From: Dehalococcoidia bacterium
GTDB taxonomy: Bacteria > Chloroflexota > Dehalococcoidia > SM23-28-2
Length of the DNA stretch: 64,000 nucleotides
Assembly (NCBI GenBank): GCA_020356025.1
Contig: CP070630.1
Location: 1,173,702 to 1,237,701, forward strand
Reading direction: 5' to 3'
Shown: positions 34,097 to 43,342 of the stretch, piece after piece
How positions within the stretch are numbered: position 1 is the first letter of the stretch
Layout: each line of letters opens with the position of its first letter
Position numbers and translations under genes: made by a program
Notes under the pieces: generated by a model
Seen by the model: the letters and a program-made list of their open reading frames with translations, nothing else
What the model was told of the DNA's origin: nothing
Database searches by the model: none

Positions 34097-35221
34097 TTGT
34101 CTGAGGCTCCCACCCTTGTAGCCTTTCTGGGCGGTCTGAGCGGCAGTCCTCTGGAGGAGATGGTGGCCGCCGCTCGCCGCGCTGCTGCGCTCGATAGTCT
34201 GGAGCGAGCGCTCTCCACAGGGGCCTTCGCTTCTGCGATTCTTGTCACCGACTCGCAAGAGGGGCTGACAGAGCTGCCGGCCGGTGTCGTTCTGGACGTG
34301 GACACTGAAGCCTTCCACTTCGGCCGCCGTCTGGCGCGGGTCATCGATAGGTACGGTGTGGAGAGGGTCGTCTATTTCAGCGGCGGCGGTCTGCCTCTCC
34401 TGTCGGCTCAGGAGTTCGTGGGCATCGCCCAGGAGCTGAGTCGAGGCGCTGGCCTGGTCATCACCAACAACCTGTACTCGGCGGACCTGGTGGCCTTCTC
34501 GCCGGGGGAAGCCGTGAAGAAGATCAAGCTGCCCGAGAGCGATAACCCCCTGGCGCGTCTGCTGGCCGAGCAGGCAGGCTTGTCGGCGCGGCCGCTGCCC
34601 CGCAGCGTCTCGAGCCAATTCGACATCGACTCGCCGTCCGACCTGGCGATCCTGACGCTGGTGGGAGGAGCGGGCCCGCGCTTGCAGGGCCTGCTGGACT
34701 GCTGGCGACTGGACGTAGCGCCCTATCGAGGGGTACTGGCCTATTTCATCGAATCCGCAGCTCAGGTTCTGGTGGCCGGTCGGGTGGGCAGCCAGGTATG
34801 GCAGTATCTGGAAAAGGAGACGGCGTGTCGGGTGCGTTTCTTCGCCGAGGAGCGGGGCATGCAGGCCGAGGGGCGTCTTCAGGGAGGCCAGGCGCGCTCG
34901 CTGCTGGGATTCTACCTGGGCGAGGTGGGAGCGGAGCGCTTCTTCGTGACGCTGGCGGAGCTGGCCGACGCCGCCTTCCTGGACACGCGCGTGCTCCTGG
35001 CTCATCGGGGGATCGAGGCGAGCCGCGCCGACCGCTTCCTCTCGGACGTTGGGCGGCATGAGGCGATCGAGGAGCCGTTCCTGCGGCAGTTCACGGAGGC
35101 GGCCGGCCGGGCGCCCATACCGGTGATGCTGGGCGGCCATTCGCTGGTCTCGGGGGGCCTGATGGCGCTGGTGGAGTACGCCTGGCAGGAGCACGACCGT
35201 CGGCTGGGGGGCGAAGGCTGA
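34097..35221 (+). CDS. Hypothetical protein (N-terminal half loosely resembles MobA/CofC-type nucleotidyltransferase folds)
   Basis: 374-aa ORF with normal protein composition. ...ILVTDSQEG...VVYFSGGGLPLL...QFDIDSPSDLAIL is reminiscent of nucleotidyltransferases. I recognise no firm motif. TTG start is uncertain. Confidence 0.5.
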   Translation: MSEAPTLVAFLGGLSGSPLEEMVAAARRAAALDSLERALSTGAFASAILVTDSQEGLTELPAGVVLDVDTEAFHFGRRLARVIDRYGVERVVYFSGGGLPLLSAQEFVGIAQELSRGAGLVITNNLYSADLVAFSPGEAVKKIKLPESDNPLARLLAEQAGLSARPLPRSVSSQFDIDSPSDLAILTLVGGAGPRLQGLLDCWRLDVAPYRGVLAYFIESAAQVLVAGRVGSQVWQYLEKETACRVRFFAEERGMQAEGRLQGGQARSLLGFYLGEVGAERFFVTLAELADAAFLDTRVLLAHRGIEASRADRFLSDVGRHEAIEEPFLRQFTEAAGRAPIPVMLGGHSLVSGGLMALVEYAWQEHDRRLGGEG

Positions 35222-35223
35222 CG

Positions 35224-35252
35224 TTGACGCCGGGCAGACGCTGGACTAAACT
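35224..35252 (+). promoter_or_regulatory. Candidate promoter for glyA
   Basis: TTGACG-N17-TAAACT immediately after the upstream stop codon. Confidence 0.4.
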
Positions 35253-35307
35253 GGGGCCGACATCAAGAGGAGCAGGCTCTCTTCAAACGGCAACGAGGGC
35301 GACGGAG

Positions 35308-35350
35308 AGGCAGGAGCGACGACCTTCACGGGTTGGCCTGCCTTTTTCTT
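35308..35350 (+). terminator. Terminator-like hairpin inside the glyA leader (attenuator or riboswitch expression-platform candidate)
   Basis: AGGCAGG...(inner CGACC/GGUUG pairing)...CCUGCCU followed by UUUUUCUU. It ends 28 nt before the glyA ATG. Confidence 0.5.
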
Positions 35351-35378
35351 AGCGGACTGAACGGACGAGGGGGAAGAG

Positions 35379-36635
35379 ATGGGCGTTCTGGAACAGCAGG
35401 ACCGTGAGGTGGCGGGGATCATCCAGCGCGAGGAGGAGCGGCACCGCCTGGGTCTCGAGCTCATCGCCTCGGAGAACTATGCGAGCGCCGCCGTTCTGGA
35501 GGCGTTGGGCACTGTCCTCGGCACGAAGTACGCCGAGGGCTATCCGAGGAAGCGCTACTACGGCGGCTGTCAGCACATGGACGAGGTGGAGGATCTGGCG
35601 CTCGACCGGCTGAAGCAGCTATTCGGCGCCGATCACGCCAACGTCCAGCCACATAGCGGCGCGGAGGCCAACAGGGCCGCCTACGCTGCCCTCCTGGAGG
35701 TGGGCGACACGGCCATGGGCATGGACCTTGCCCAGGGCGGCCACCTTACCCACGGCCTCGCGGTGAACTTCTCGGGGAAGATGTACCGCTTCGTCCACTA
35801 CGGCGTCGACCGGGAGACGGAGCTTCTGGACTACGACGGGATGGCCGCTCTCGCGCGTGAGCACAAGCCCAAGGTCATCGTGGTGGGGGCGACGGCTTAC
35901 CCTCGGATCATCGACTTCGCCCGCTGCCGGGAGATCGCCGATGAGGTGAAGGCTTACCTCCTGGCGGACATAGCCCACATCGCGGGCCTGGTAGCTGCGG
36001 GACTGCATCCGTCGCCGGTGCCGCACGCCCATGTGATCACATCCACCACACACAAGACGCTTCGGGGACCGCGGGGCGCCTTCATTCTTTGCGAGGCGGA
36101 CCTGGCCAAGAAGATCGATCGGTCCGTCTTCCCGGGCACTCAGGGTGGGCCTCACATGCACAGTATCGCCGCGAAGGCCGTCTGCTTCGGCGAGGCTTTG
36201 CGTCCGGAGTTCGGCGAGTATCAGCGGCGGATCGTGGAGAATGCGAAGGTGCTGGCCGAGGAGCTTCAGGGCCACGGCCTGCGCATCGTCTCTGGGGGCA
36301 CCGACAACCACCTGCTGCTGGTGGACGTGGGGGTAAAGGGGATCACCGGTCGTGATGTCCAGCTGGCGCTGGAAGCTGTGGGCATCACTGTGAACAAGAA
36401 CACCATCCCCTACGACGAGCGGCCGCCGACGGTGTGCAGCGGCATCCGCATCGGCACGCCGGCCGTTACCAGTCGGGGCTTTGGGCCGGACGAGATGCGC
36501 CGCATCGCTGCGCTCATCGGGAGTATCCTGGACAACATGGAGGATGAGAAGGTGGCGGTGGCCGTGCGTCGGGAGGTGGCGGAACTCGCCAGCAGCTTCC
36601 CCGTGCCGGGCGTGCCCGATGCAGCCAGGGGCTGA
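35379..36635 (+). CDS. glyA: Serine hydroxymethyltransferase
   Basis: [20 protein letters not shown] and [13 protein letters not shown] (PLP lysine motif). Confidence 0.95.
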   Translation: MGVLEQQDREVAGIIQREEERHRLGLELIASENYASAAVLEALGTVLGTKYAEGYPRKRYYGGCQHMDEVEDLALDRLKQLFGADHANVQPHSGAEANRAAYAALLEVGDTAMGMDLAQGGHLTHGLAVNFSGKMYRFVHYGVDRETELLDYDGMAALAREHKPKVIVVGATAYPRIIDFARCREIADEVKAYLLADIAHIAGLVAAGLHPSPVPHAHVITSTTHKTLRGPRGAFILCEADLAKKIDRSVFPGTQGGPHMHSIAAKAVCFGEALRPEFGEYQRRIVENAKVLAEELQGHGLRIVSGGTDNHLLLVDVGVKGITGRDVQLALEAVGITVNKNTIPYDERPPTVCSGIRIGTPAVTSRGFGPDEMRRIAALIGSILDNMEDEKVAVAVRREVAELASSFPVPGVPDAARG

Positions 36636-36686
36636 CGGGTCTCCGGCGCGTGAGCGTTGGCGGGGCTTGCCCGGAAACCGCTTCGC

Positions 36687-36715
36687 TTGTGAAGGAAGCA
36701 GTCGCATGCTATAAT
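36687..36715 (+). promoter_or_regulatory. Candidate promoter for rpsF-ssb-rpsR
   Basis: TTGTGA-N17-TATAAT. Confidence 0.55.
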
Positions 36716-36788
36716 GCGCTGCGTTCTATGGAGCGCGGCGGGTGGACGTTGGGTTTCGCCTGCTAGCAAGAAGGAGGGGAGCGAGCCC

Positions 36789-37094
36789 TTGCGCGACTAC
36801 GAGCTGGTGATAATCATTAGTCCTGATGTTCCCGAGGAGGAAGTGCCCAATACTATCGACAAGGTGGGCCAGCTGATCACCAGCCGCGGCGGCGAGGTGG
36901 CCGACGTGAACCGCTGGGGCCGAAGGAAGCTGGCCTATCCCATCAAGCGGTATACGGAGGGCGACTACGTACTTACCCAGTTCAAGCTTGACCCGACACA
37001 GGTGACCGATCTGGAAGCGAGCATGGAGCTGACAGAGGAAGTGATACGCCATCTGGTCGTGCGGAAGGAGGAGGGCGAAAGCGCCGCCCCCTGA
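36789..37094 (+). CDS. rpsF: 30S ribosomal protein S6
   Basis: (M)RDYELVIIISPDVPEEEV...VNRWGRRKLAYPIK. TTG 36789 with AGGAGG upstream. The track start at 36714 adds an implausible N-terminus. Confidence 0.9.
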   Translation: MRDYELVIIISPDVPEEEVPNTIDKVGQLITSRGGEVADVNRWGRRKLAYPIKRYTEGDYVLTQFKLDPTQVTDLEASMELTEEVIRHLVVRKEEGESAAP

Positions 37095-37136
37095 AGTACG
37101 CGGGCGTCGCGGGGTTGAGCGAAAGGAGCTGGCGCG

Positions 37137-37550
37137 ATGGCGGGTTTGAATAAGGTAATGGTTATTGGCAATGTGGGCACCGATCCGGAGATGCGCTACA
37201 CTGCCAACGGGAGGGCCGTCACGAGCTTCCGCGTGGCTGCCAACCGCAGCTTCACCACGGCCGAAGGGGAGCGGCGGGAAGAGACCGAGTGGTTCGCAGT
37301 GGTGGCCTGGCAGAAGCTGGCGGAGCAGTGCAGCCAGTACCTCCAGAAGGGGCGGCGGGTCTACGTGGAGGGGCGGCTCCAAACCCGCTCTTGGGACACT
37401 CCTGATGGCCAGCGGCGCTTTCGCACTGAGGTCATCGCGGACAGGGTGATCTTCCTCGACCGGGCGATGGGTGTCCCCTTGCCGGAGGAGGGAGAGGCGG
37501 AAACGGTGGAAGCCGAGACGACGGAAGCCGAGGCGCTACCTTTTGAGTAG
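37137..37550 (+). CDS. ssb: Single-stranded DNA-binding protein
   Basis: MAGLNKVMVIGNVGTDPEMRYTANGRAVTSFRVA...WFAVVAWQKLAE, with an acidic tail ending LPFE. Confidence 0.95.
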   Translation: MAGLNKVMVIGNVGTDPEMRYTANGRAVTSFRVAANRSFTTAEGERREETEWFAVVAWQKLAEQCSQYLQKGRRVYVEGRLQTRSWDTPDGQRRFRTEVIADRVIFLDRAMGVPLPEEGEAETVEAETTEAEALPFE

Positions 37551-37563
37551 ATGGGTCTGAGCG

Positions 37564-37887
37564 ATGGTAAGGCAGTCAGAAGGACATCCCCGAGAAGAGG
37601 ACGCAGGCGAGGGGGGTAGACGCAGGCCTCGTGGGCGGTACGGCCGACGGCGCAAGGTGTGCATGTTCTGTGTGGAGCACGTCACGGCTATCGACTACAA
37701 AGACGTTGGTAAGCTGCGGCGCTTCCTGTCCGATCGTGGGCGTATCGAGCCCAAGAGGAAGCTGGGGACCTGCGCGAAGCATCAGAGGGCGCTATCGCAG
37801 GCCCTGAAGCGGGCCAGGCATCTGGCCCTTCTGCCCTACACGGCAGAGCACATTCGAGCAACGGGATCTTTTTCATCGCGCCAGTAG
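37564..37887 (+). CDS. rpsR: 30S ribosomal protein S18 (with basic N-terminal extension)
   Basis: [60 protein letters not shown]. Confidence 0.9.
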   Translation: MVRQSEGHPREEDAGEGGRRRPRGRYGRRRKVCMFCVEHVTAIDYKDVGKLRRFLSDRGRIEPKRKLGTCAKHQRALSQALKRARHLALLPYTAEHIRATGSFSSRQ

Positions 37888-37966
37888 CTGGTGCTGTCCA
37901 GGCTGGAACGGTGGGAGAGGGTTTTCGCTCGCTTCTCCGTCCGTTATCCTTGAGGGGGTTTTATCC

Positions 37967-39025
37967 TTGGTCAAGAAGAGACGACAGAGACCCCTGCCGA
38001 TCCCGCCGCGGCCAGAGCGGCGGCCGTGGAGCCGCGAATTTCGGCTCCAGGTGGCGGTCATTGCCGGGTTTGTGCTGTTCTTGGTCGTCATCGGGGGAAT
38101 CATCGGCCTTGGCTTCTTTCAGGATTGGTACGAGGAGAACGTCGAGCGTCCCAACTCCAAGGCGCTTGAGGTAGGCGAAACCACCTTCGATCTCGACTAC
38201 TTTGCCCGTCGCCTGAAACTCATGGTCGCTGAGTACGGCCTTCAACAACAGCCTGAGCAGGCCTCTCTGGTCGTTGGCCTGCTGGCCAATACTCTCGGGA
38301 GCGAGGAACTGCTGCGGCAGAGAGCGCCCGTTGACCTGGGCGTGTCCGTAACGCCGGAGGAGTTGGAGCTAACGATCGGCGAGCAGCTGGGCCTGACGGA
38401 GAGCAATCCGGAGGCGTTCGCCGCCGCCCTAGAGCAAGAGTTGAAGAGGAGTGATCTCTCGGAAGATGAGTATCGAGGGATGATAGAGGCGGGTCTCTTA
38501 GGCACCAAGGCGCAGGAGGTCTTCTCGCTGTCTGTGCCCGAGACCATCGAGCAGGTGAAGATGCGCCAGATCCTGGTAGGTACGGATGATGAAGCCCTCT
38601 CGGTGCTGGAACGTCTGGAGGCCGGTGAAGACTTCGGCGATCTGGCTCGTGAGCTTTCTCTGGATGAGGCGACCAAGGAGCAGGGCGGCGAGCGGGGCTG
38701 GCCGGACAACGCCAGCGAGGAGGAAGAGGTCGAGCGGCAGTGGCTGGCCCGCGACGAACTGAACCTATCGTACGCTGCCAGGGTGTTCGATCTGGAGGTG
38801 GGTGTTCCGAGTGAGCCCATCCCCGGGCCGGGCGGCTACTTCATCTTTGAGGTGGAGGAGAAGGAGGCCGACCGGGAGGTGACGGACGAGCAGCGGACCA
38901 GCATCAGCAGCAGCTATTTCACGCATTGGCTCGACGAGCAGAGCACGCTGGTGCCCAGCACGGAGTTCGTATCTAGCGACCAAGATAAGTTCCAGTGGGC
39001 AGCCGAGAAGGCTTATGGATTGTAG
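37967..39025 (+). CDS. Membrane-anchored parvulin-type peptidyl-prolyl isomerase (PrsA/SurA-like)
   Basis: An N-terminal signal anchor VIAGFVLFLVVIGGIIGLGFF, a chaperone-like region, then the PpiC-type block VKMRQILVGTDDEALSVLERLEAGEDFGDLARELSLDEATKEQGGERGW. Confidence 0.8.
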   Translation: MVKKRRQRPLPIPPRPERRPWSREFRLQVAVIAGFVLFLVVIGGIIGLGFFQDWYEENVERPNSKALEVGETTFDLDYFARRLKLMVAEYGLQQQPEQASLVVGLLANTLGSEELLRQRAPVDLGVSVTPEELELTIGEQLGLTESNPEAFAAALEQELKRSDLSEDEYRGMIEAGLLGTKAQEVFSLSVPETIEQVKMRQILVGTDDEALSVLERLEAGEDFGDLARELSLDEATKEQGGERGWPDNASEEEEVERQWLARDELNLSYAARVFDLEVGVPSEPIPGPGGYFIFEVEEKEADREVTDEQRTSISSSYFTHWLDEQSTLVPSTEFVSSDQDKFQWAAEKAYGL

Positions 39026-39036
39026 GAAAGGGAGCG

Positions 39037-40347
39037 ATGGCCAAGCAGGATGAGATCCAGGTCGCTTTGCTGGGCATAGGGGTGATAGGCAGCGGTGTGG
39101 CGCGCACCCTCCTGATGAAAGGATCAGCCTACGCCGAGCAACTGGGGTTTCAGCTAAACCTGCGCCACATCCTGGAGCGCGATCTGCACAAGGCTGACGA
39201 GGTGCCCGTAGACCGCGGTCTGGTCAGCGATGACCCCCGCACGGTTCTGGACGACGAAGCGGTCGATATCGTCATCGAGCTGCTGGGCGGCGAGCGGCCG
39301 GCCTATGATTTCATCAAGGAAGCCCTGAGCTCGGGTCGCTACGTGGTGACCGCGAACAAGGAGGTCATGGCCAAGCATGGACTCGAGCTGATGGCTTTGG
39401 CCCAGGAGCGTGAGGTGGACATCCTCTTCGAGGCCAGCGTGGGCAGCGGCACGCCCGTGATTGGCCCCCTCAGGCGCGACCTTTCGGCTAACGAGATCAC
39501 CTCGATTCGGGCCATCATCAACGGCACGACAAACTACATTCTCACCCGCATGAGCAAAGAGGGGTTGGACTTCGACGAGGCGCTGAGGCAGGCTCAGTCC
39601 TTGGGCTACGCCGAGGCTGATCCCACCAACGACGTGGAAGGGTTCGATGCCGCCTACAAGGTGGCCATCCTGGCCAGTCTGGCCTTCCACACTCATGTCC
39701 AGCCAGACGATGTCTACCGCGAAGGGATCACCAGTCTCAACGCGCGCGACTTCCGCTACGCTCAGGAGCTAGGCTATGGCATCAAGCTTCTGGCTGTGGC
39801 CAGAATGGAGGAGGACGGCGTGGATGCCAGGGTGCACCCGTCGTTCGTGCCGAGGGAGGAGCTTCTGGCCAACGTGGACGGGGTGCTCAACGCGGTTCAG
39901 GTGGAGGGCGATCTACTGGGGCGGGTGCTCTTTCAGGGGCCGGGAGCTGGACCTCTTCCCACGGCCAGCGCAATCATGGCCGATCTCATGGACGCTGCTC
40001 GCAGCGTGGCAGCGGCCCGGGCCGGCCGGAGGGGAGACCGCTTGCCCTGGCGAGCGGGTCGGCCGCTGCGCATGAAGCCGGTGGCCGAACTGACCACCCG
40101 CTACTATCTGCGCATGGAGGTGGCGGACCAGCCGGGCGTGCTGGCTCAGATCGCCCGTTGCTTCGGCGATCACGGCGTGAGCATCGCCTCGGTCATCCAG
40201 AAGGAGAGCGACGAGGTGGCCCAGACGGCGGAACTGGTCATTATGACTCACGTTGCGCGCGAGGAATCGGTGCAGAAGACCATCGAGGAGGCAGGCAAGC
40301 TGGCGGTGGTGAGTCGCATCGGCAACCTTCTGCGGGTGGAGAGCTGA
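39037..40347 (+). CDS. hom: Homoserine dehydrogenase (with C-terminal ACT domain)
   Basis: VALLGIGVIGSGVAR, VVTANK, EASVGSGTPVI, GYAEADPTNDVEG, and the ACT region YYLRMEVADQPGVLAQIA. I prefer ATG 39037. Confidence 0.9.
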   Translation: MAKQDEIQVALLGIGVIGSGVARTLLMKGSAYAEQLGFQLNLRHILERDLHKADEVPVDRGLVSDDPRTVLDDEAVDIVIELLGGERPAYDFIKEALSSGRYVVTANKEVMAKHGLELMALAQEREVDILFEASVGSGTPVIGPLRRDLSANEITSIRAIINGTTNYILTRMSKEGLDFDEALRQAQSLGYAEADPTNDVEGFDAAYKVAILASLAFHTHVQPDDVYREGITSLNARDFRYAQELGYGIKLLAVARMEEDGVDARVHPSFVPREELLANVDGVLNAVQVEGDLLGRVLFQGPGAGPLPTASAIMADLMDAARSVAAARAGRRGDRLPWRAGRPLRMKPVAELTTRYYLRMEVADQPGVLAQIARCFGDHGVSIASVIQKESDEVAQTAELVIMTHVAREESVQKTIEEAGKLAVVSRIGNLLRVES

Positions 40348-40368
40348 CCGGTGTAGCGGCAGGCAGGG

Positions 40369-41421
40369 GTGATATCGATGGGCGCGGACAAGAAGGGGCC
40401 AAAGGCCGATCCTCCGCGGGGGGACGCGGATGCTCCCTCGGCCGACGTTGTTCCCTGGCTGGAGGAGGAGGTGCGGCAGGCCAAGAGCCAGCTCCATAAG
40501 CTGGGGCAGCAGGTGGAGCAGACGCGGAACCAGGTCTGGAACCTGGCGGAGAGTGTGCAGAAGGGGGAAGACGTTCTCTCTGCCCTGGGAACACATCTTG
40601 CAGCGTTTCCCCACCTTCAGGATGAGGTGCGCCAGGCCAAGGAGCAACTGGGGCGCTTGCAGGAGCGGCAACTGGCCAATCAGAGTCGCATCGAAGAGGT
40701 GATCCGTCAACAGCAGGCGGCGGCTGAGCGGGAGAGGGAGCTGCACAGTGCCTCCCTGCGGCGGCTGGAGGCCGCGGAGAGGCTGACCCAATCCTACGAG
40801 GGGCGCATGCTGGCGGTGGAGGAGGGCGGGCGGCGCTTTCGGGATGATAGCTCTCTCTTGGAGAAGCGGATGGAGGCTGCGGATAAGAGCGTCGAAGAGT
40901 TGGGGGGGAAGACGGCTCGGCACGGCGAAGCTGTCAAGCGTCTGGAAGAGGAGGGGAGGCGTCTGCACAGTGAGATCGACGCCTTGACTAAGCAGGACGC
41001 TATCCTCTCGGAGCGCGCGCAGCTCTTGGTGGAGCAGGTGCGCCGGCTGGGGGAGCAGGTGACCATTCTCACCGAGGATCGGGTGGTCCAGCAGGAGCTG
41101 GCGGACGTGCAGGAGCACTGGCGAACGGAGGGCCAGCGGCTGGACGAGCGGCTGAAGGTGCTGGAGCAGGCGATGGGAGAGCGGCGGCAGCACGCCGAAG
41201 ACCACGCTCGTGCGCTGGAGCTGCTGGAGAGCAAGAGCCAGACCCAGGCGGAGCGCCTGGCGGCCTTTCAGCAGCAGATCCGTGAACAACGCCAGCAGGT
41301 GGCGGCCTACCTGCGCAAGATGAGCCAGTTCCAGGAGCGCCAGAAACGGCGGCAGTTGGCTGCGATGGAACAGGAACTGAAGGAGATGAAGCAGCGTGAC
41401 CTCAAGCTGGGCGGCGAGTGA
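40369..41421 (+). CDS. Coiled-coil protein, hypothetical
   Basis: About 350 aa, rich in Glu/Gln/Arg/Leu with heptad-like character throughout (..LEEEVRQAKSQLHKLGQQVEQTRNQVWNL..). The 3' end overlaps the thrC start by 26 nt. I recognise no family. Confidence 0.6.
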   Translation: MISMGADKKGPKADPPRGDADAPSADVVPWLEEEVRQAKSQLHKLGQQVEQTRNQVWNLAESVQKGEDVLSALGTHLAAFPHLQDEVRQAKEQLGRLQERQLANQSRIEEVIRQQQAAAERERELHSASLRRLEAAERLTQSYEGRMLAVEEGGRRFRDDSSLLEKRMEAADKSVEELGGKTARHGEAVKRLEEEGRRLHSEIDALTKQDAILSERAQLLVEQVRRLGEQVTILTEDRVVQQELADVQEHWRTEGQRLDERLKVLEQAMGERRQHAEDHARALELLESKSQTQAERLAAFQQQIREQRQQVAAYLRKMSQFQERQKRRQLAAMEQELKEMKQRDLKLGGE

Positions 41422-42472
41422 TCGGCCTGGCGTACTGAACCGGTATCGGGAGTATCTGCCGCTAACGGATGCCACGCCCCTCGTTTGCATGGGAGAAGGG
41501 GAGACGCCTCTGGTGCGCTCGCAGCGGCTGGAGGCGCGACTGGGCTGTGGCCCGCTTTATTTCAAGCTCGAGAGCTGCAACCCTACCGGCTCATTCAAGG
41601 ACCGCGGCATGGTGGTGGCAGTGGCGAAGGCGATAGAGGAGGGGCGGAAGGCGGTACTCTGCGCTTCCACCGGCAATACCAGCGCCGCTGCGGCGGCGTA
41701 TGCCGCTCACTGCGGTCTGAAGGCCTACGTTCTCGTGCCGAAGGGGAACATCGCCCAGGGGAAGCTGGCCCAGGCGGTGGCTCACGGTGCCGAGGTGGTC
41801 GCTGTGAACGGCAACTTCGACCAAGCCCTGTCGCTGGCCCTGGCCATCGTCGACAAGCATCCCATCGCCCTGGTGAACTCGCTCAATCCCTATCGCCTGG
41901 AGGGTCAGAAGACGGCTGCCTTCGAGATCATTGATCACCTGGGGGATGCTCCCGACTATCTGTTTATTCCGGTGGGCAATGCCGGCAACATTACCGCTTA
42001 CTGGCGAGGCTTCGTGGAGTATCACCAGAGGGGGAAGGCCACCAAGAGGCCGCGGATGATGGGTTTCCAGGCAGAGGGGGCGGCTCCCATCGTTTTGGGA
42101 AGGCCGGTGGAAGAGCCGGTGACGGTGGCCACGGCCATACGCATCGGGAATCCGGCCAGTTGGAAGGGGGCGGAGGCCGCTCGCGACGCTTCGGGCGGCG
42201 TGATCGAGGCGGTGAGCGATGAGGAGATCCTGAAGGCTTATCGCCTGCTGGCTCAGGAGGAGGGCATCTTCGGTGAGCCGGCCTCGGCAGCGTCGGTGGC
42301 GGGTCTTTTCAAGATGAGCCGCCAGGGGCTGGACCTGAACAAAAGCACCATCGTCTGCATCATCACCGGCAGCGGCCTTAAGGACCCTGATACGGCCATG
42401 TCTATACCGGCCGAGATCCGCGAGGTGCCCGCCGACCTTGCCGCTGTAGAGAAGGCCATCGGCGTGGCGTAG
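41396..42472 (+). CDS. thrC: Threonine synthase
   Basis: RYREYLPLTDATPLVCMGEGETPLV and FKLESCNPTGSFKDRGM (PLP lysine motif). GTG start. Confidence 0.9.
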   Translation: MTSSWAASDRPGVLNRYREYLPLTDATPLVCMGEGETPLVRSQRLEARLGCGPLYFKLESCNPTGSFKDRGMVVAVAKAIEEGRKAVLCASTGNTSAAAAAYAAHCGLKAYVLVPKGNIAQGKLAQAVAHGAEVVAVNGNFDQALSLALAIVDKHPIALVNSLNPYRLEGQKTAAFEIIDHLGDAPDYLFIPVGNAGNITAYWRGFVEYHQRGKATKRPRMMGFQAEGAAPIVLGRPVEEPVTVATAIRIGNPASWKGAEAARDASGGVIEAVSDEEILKAYRLLAQEEGIFGEPASAASVAGLFKMSRQGLDLNKSTIVCIITGSGLKDPDTAMSIPAEIREVPADLAAVEKAIGVA

Positions 42473-42496
42473 GTGCGTACCGCATCTTCGTACTGA

Positions 42497-42526
42497 TTGA
42501 TCGTGGGGTGGGCCCGCCTGTAGAAT
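42497..42526 (+). promoter_or_regulatory. Candidate promoter for folE
   Basis: TTGATC-N18-TAGAAT. Confidence 0.4.
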
Positions 42527-42550
42527 ATCGGCAAGCTGCCAGTTTGCGAC

Positions 42551-42589
42551 CGCGCCTGACACTTGGCTGCTGCCAGTGACTCAGGCGCG
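42551..42589 (+). promoter_or_regulatory. Extended imperfect hairpin in the folE 5' leader
   Basis: CGCGCCUGA...UCAGGCGCG is a 9-bp outer stem, with further inner pairing CACU(U)GGC/GCCAGUG around a UGCU loop. It lies between the candidate promoter and the GAGGUGG SD. Confidence 0.4.
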
Positions 42590-42603
42590 GACTTTCCTTA
42601 GAG

Positions 42604-43173
42604 GTGGGGGACGTGATAGATCGCGCCAGGATCGCTGAGGCGATGCGACAGATCATCGAGGCCATCGGGGAGAACCCCGAGCGGGAGGGTCTCGCTGAGA
42701 CGCCGCGGCGCATCGCCAAGATGTACGCCGATCTCTTCTCCGGCCTCGACCGGGACCCCCTGGAGGTGCTGCGGAGCGGTTTCGAGGGGGAGAAGGATGA
42801 GCCGGTGGTCCTCAGGGACGTGCCCTTCTACTCCCTCTGCGAGCACCATTTTCTCCCCTTTCACGGAGTGGCTCACGTGGGCTACATCCCCAATGGTCGA
42901 CTGGTGGGCATCAGCAAGATCGCCCGGGCGCTGGACATCCTGGCCAGGAGGCCGCAGGTTCAGGAGCGTCTGACCCGGCAGCTGGCCGATTGCATTCTGG
43001 AGGCGCTGGATGCCGATGGTGTGGGGGTTGTGCTGGAGGCGGAGCATCTCTGCCTGAGCATGCGAGGCGTGCACAAGCCGGGCACGCGGGTGGTGACATT
43101 GGCAGTGCAGGGCCCCTTTCGCAAGGGGAAATACGCTCGCTCTGAGTTTCTGGCCCTAGTGCAGGGGAAATGA
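42604..43173 (+). CDS. folE: GTP cyclohydrolase I
   Basis: GENPEREGLAETPRRIAKMY, FYSLCEHHFLPFHG and RPQVQERLT. Confidence 0.9.
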   Translation: MGDVIDRARIAEAMRQIIEAIGENPEREGLAETPRRIAKMYADLFSGLDRDPLEVLRSGFEGEKDEPVVLRDVPFYSLCEHHFLPFHGVAHVGYIPNGRLVGISKIARALDILARRPQVQERLTRQLADCILEALDADGVGVVLEAEHLCLSMRGVHKPGTRVVTLAVQGPFRKGKYARSEFLALVQGK

Positions 43174-43315
43174 GTCATGGCATGGAGCGGCTCTCCATCA
43201 ATATGTTCTGGCTGGCCCTGGCCGCTACATGGCTAGCCTGCTCTACTGGGGTCACGCGTTCGACGTCAATCTCTGGTTGAGCGGTCTCCACAGCTACTCG
43301 AGTGTGTGAGCGCTC

Positions 43316-43342
43316 TTGACAGCGGCTGAAGTTTGATATAGT
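43316..43342 (+). promoter_or_regulatory. Possible promoter of the str operon (spacing is short)
   Basis: TTGACA-N15-TATAGT. The 15-nt spacer is suboptimal. Confidence 0.3.

Noticed and set aside
39913-41490. 525-aa minus-strand ORF rich in Leu/Gln/Pro/His
   Set aside because: It is the mirror image of the plus-strand coiled-coil gene and the hom 3' end. GAG/CAG/CTG-rich coding produces an open antisense frame. hom and thrC on the plus strand fix the real coding strand.
42589-42597. GGAAAGUCC (RNase P CR-I-like 9-mer) on the minus strand upstream of folE
   Set aside because: It is an isolated 9-mer in a 130-nt spacer. There is no room for a 350-400 nt RNase P RNA and no other conserved regions.
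43182-43280. 32-codon ORF with one hydrophobic helix downstream of folE
   Set aside because: There is no convincing SD, it is very short, and I have no way to test conservation here. It is mentioned under the rpsL-leader finding but not called as a gene.
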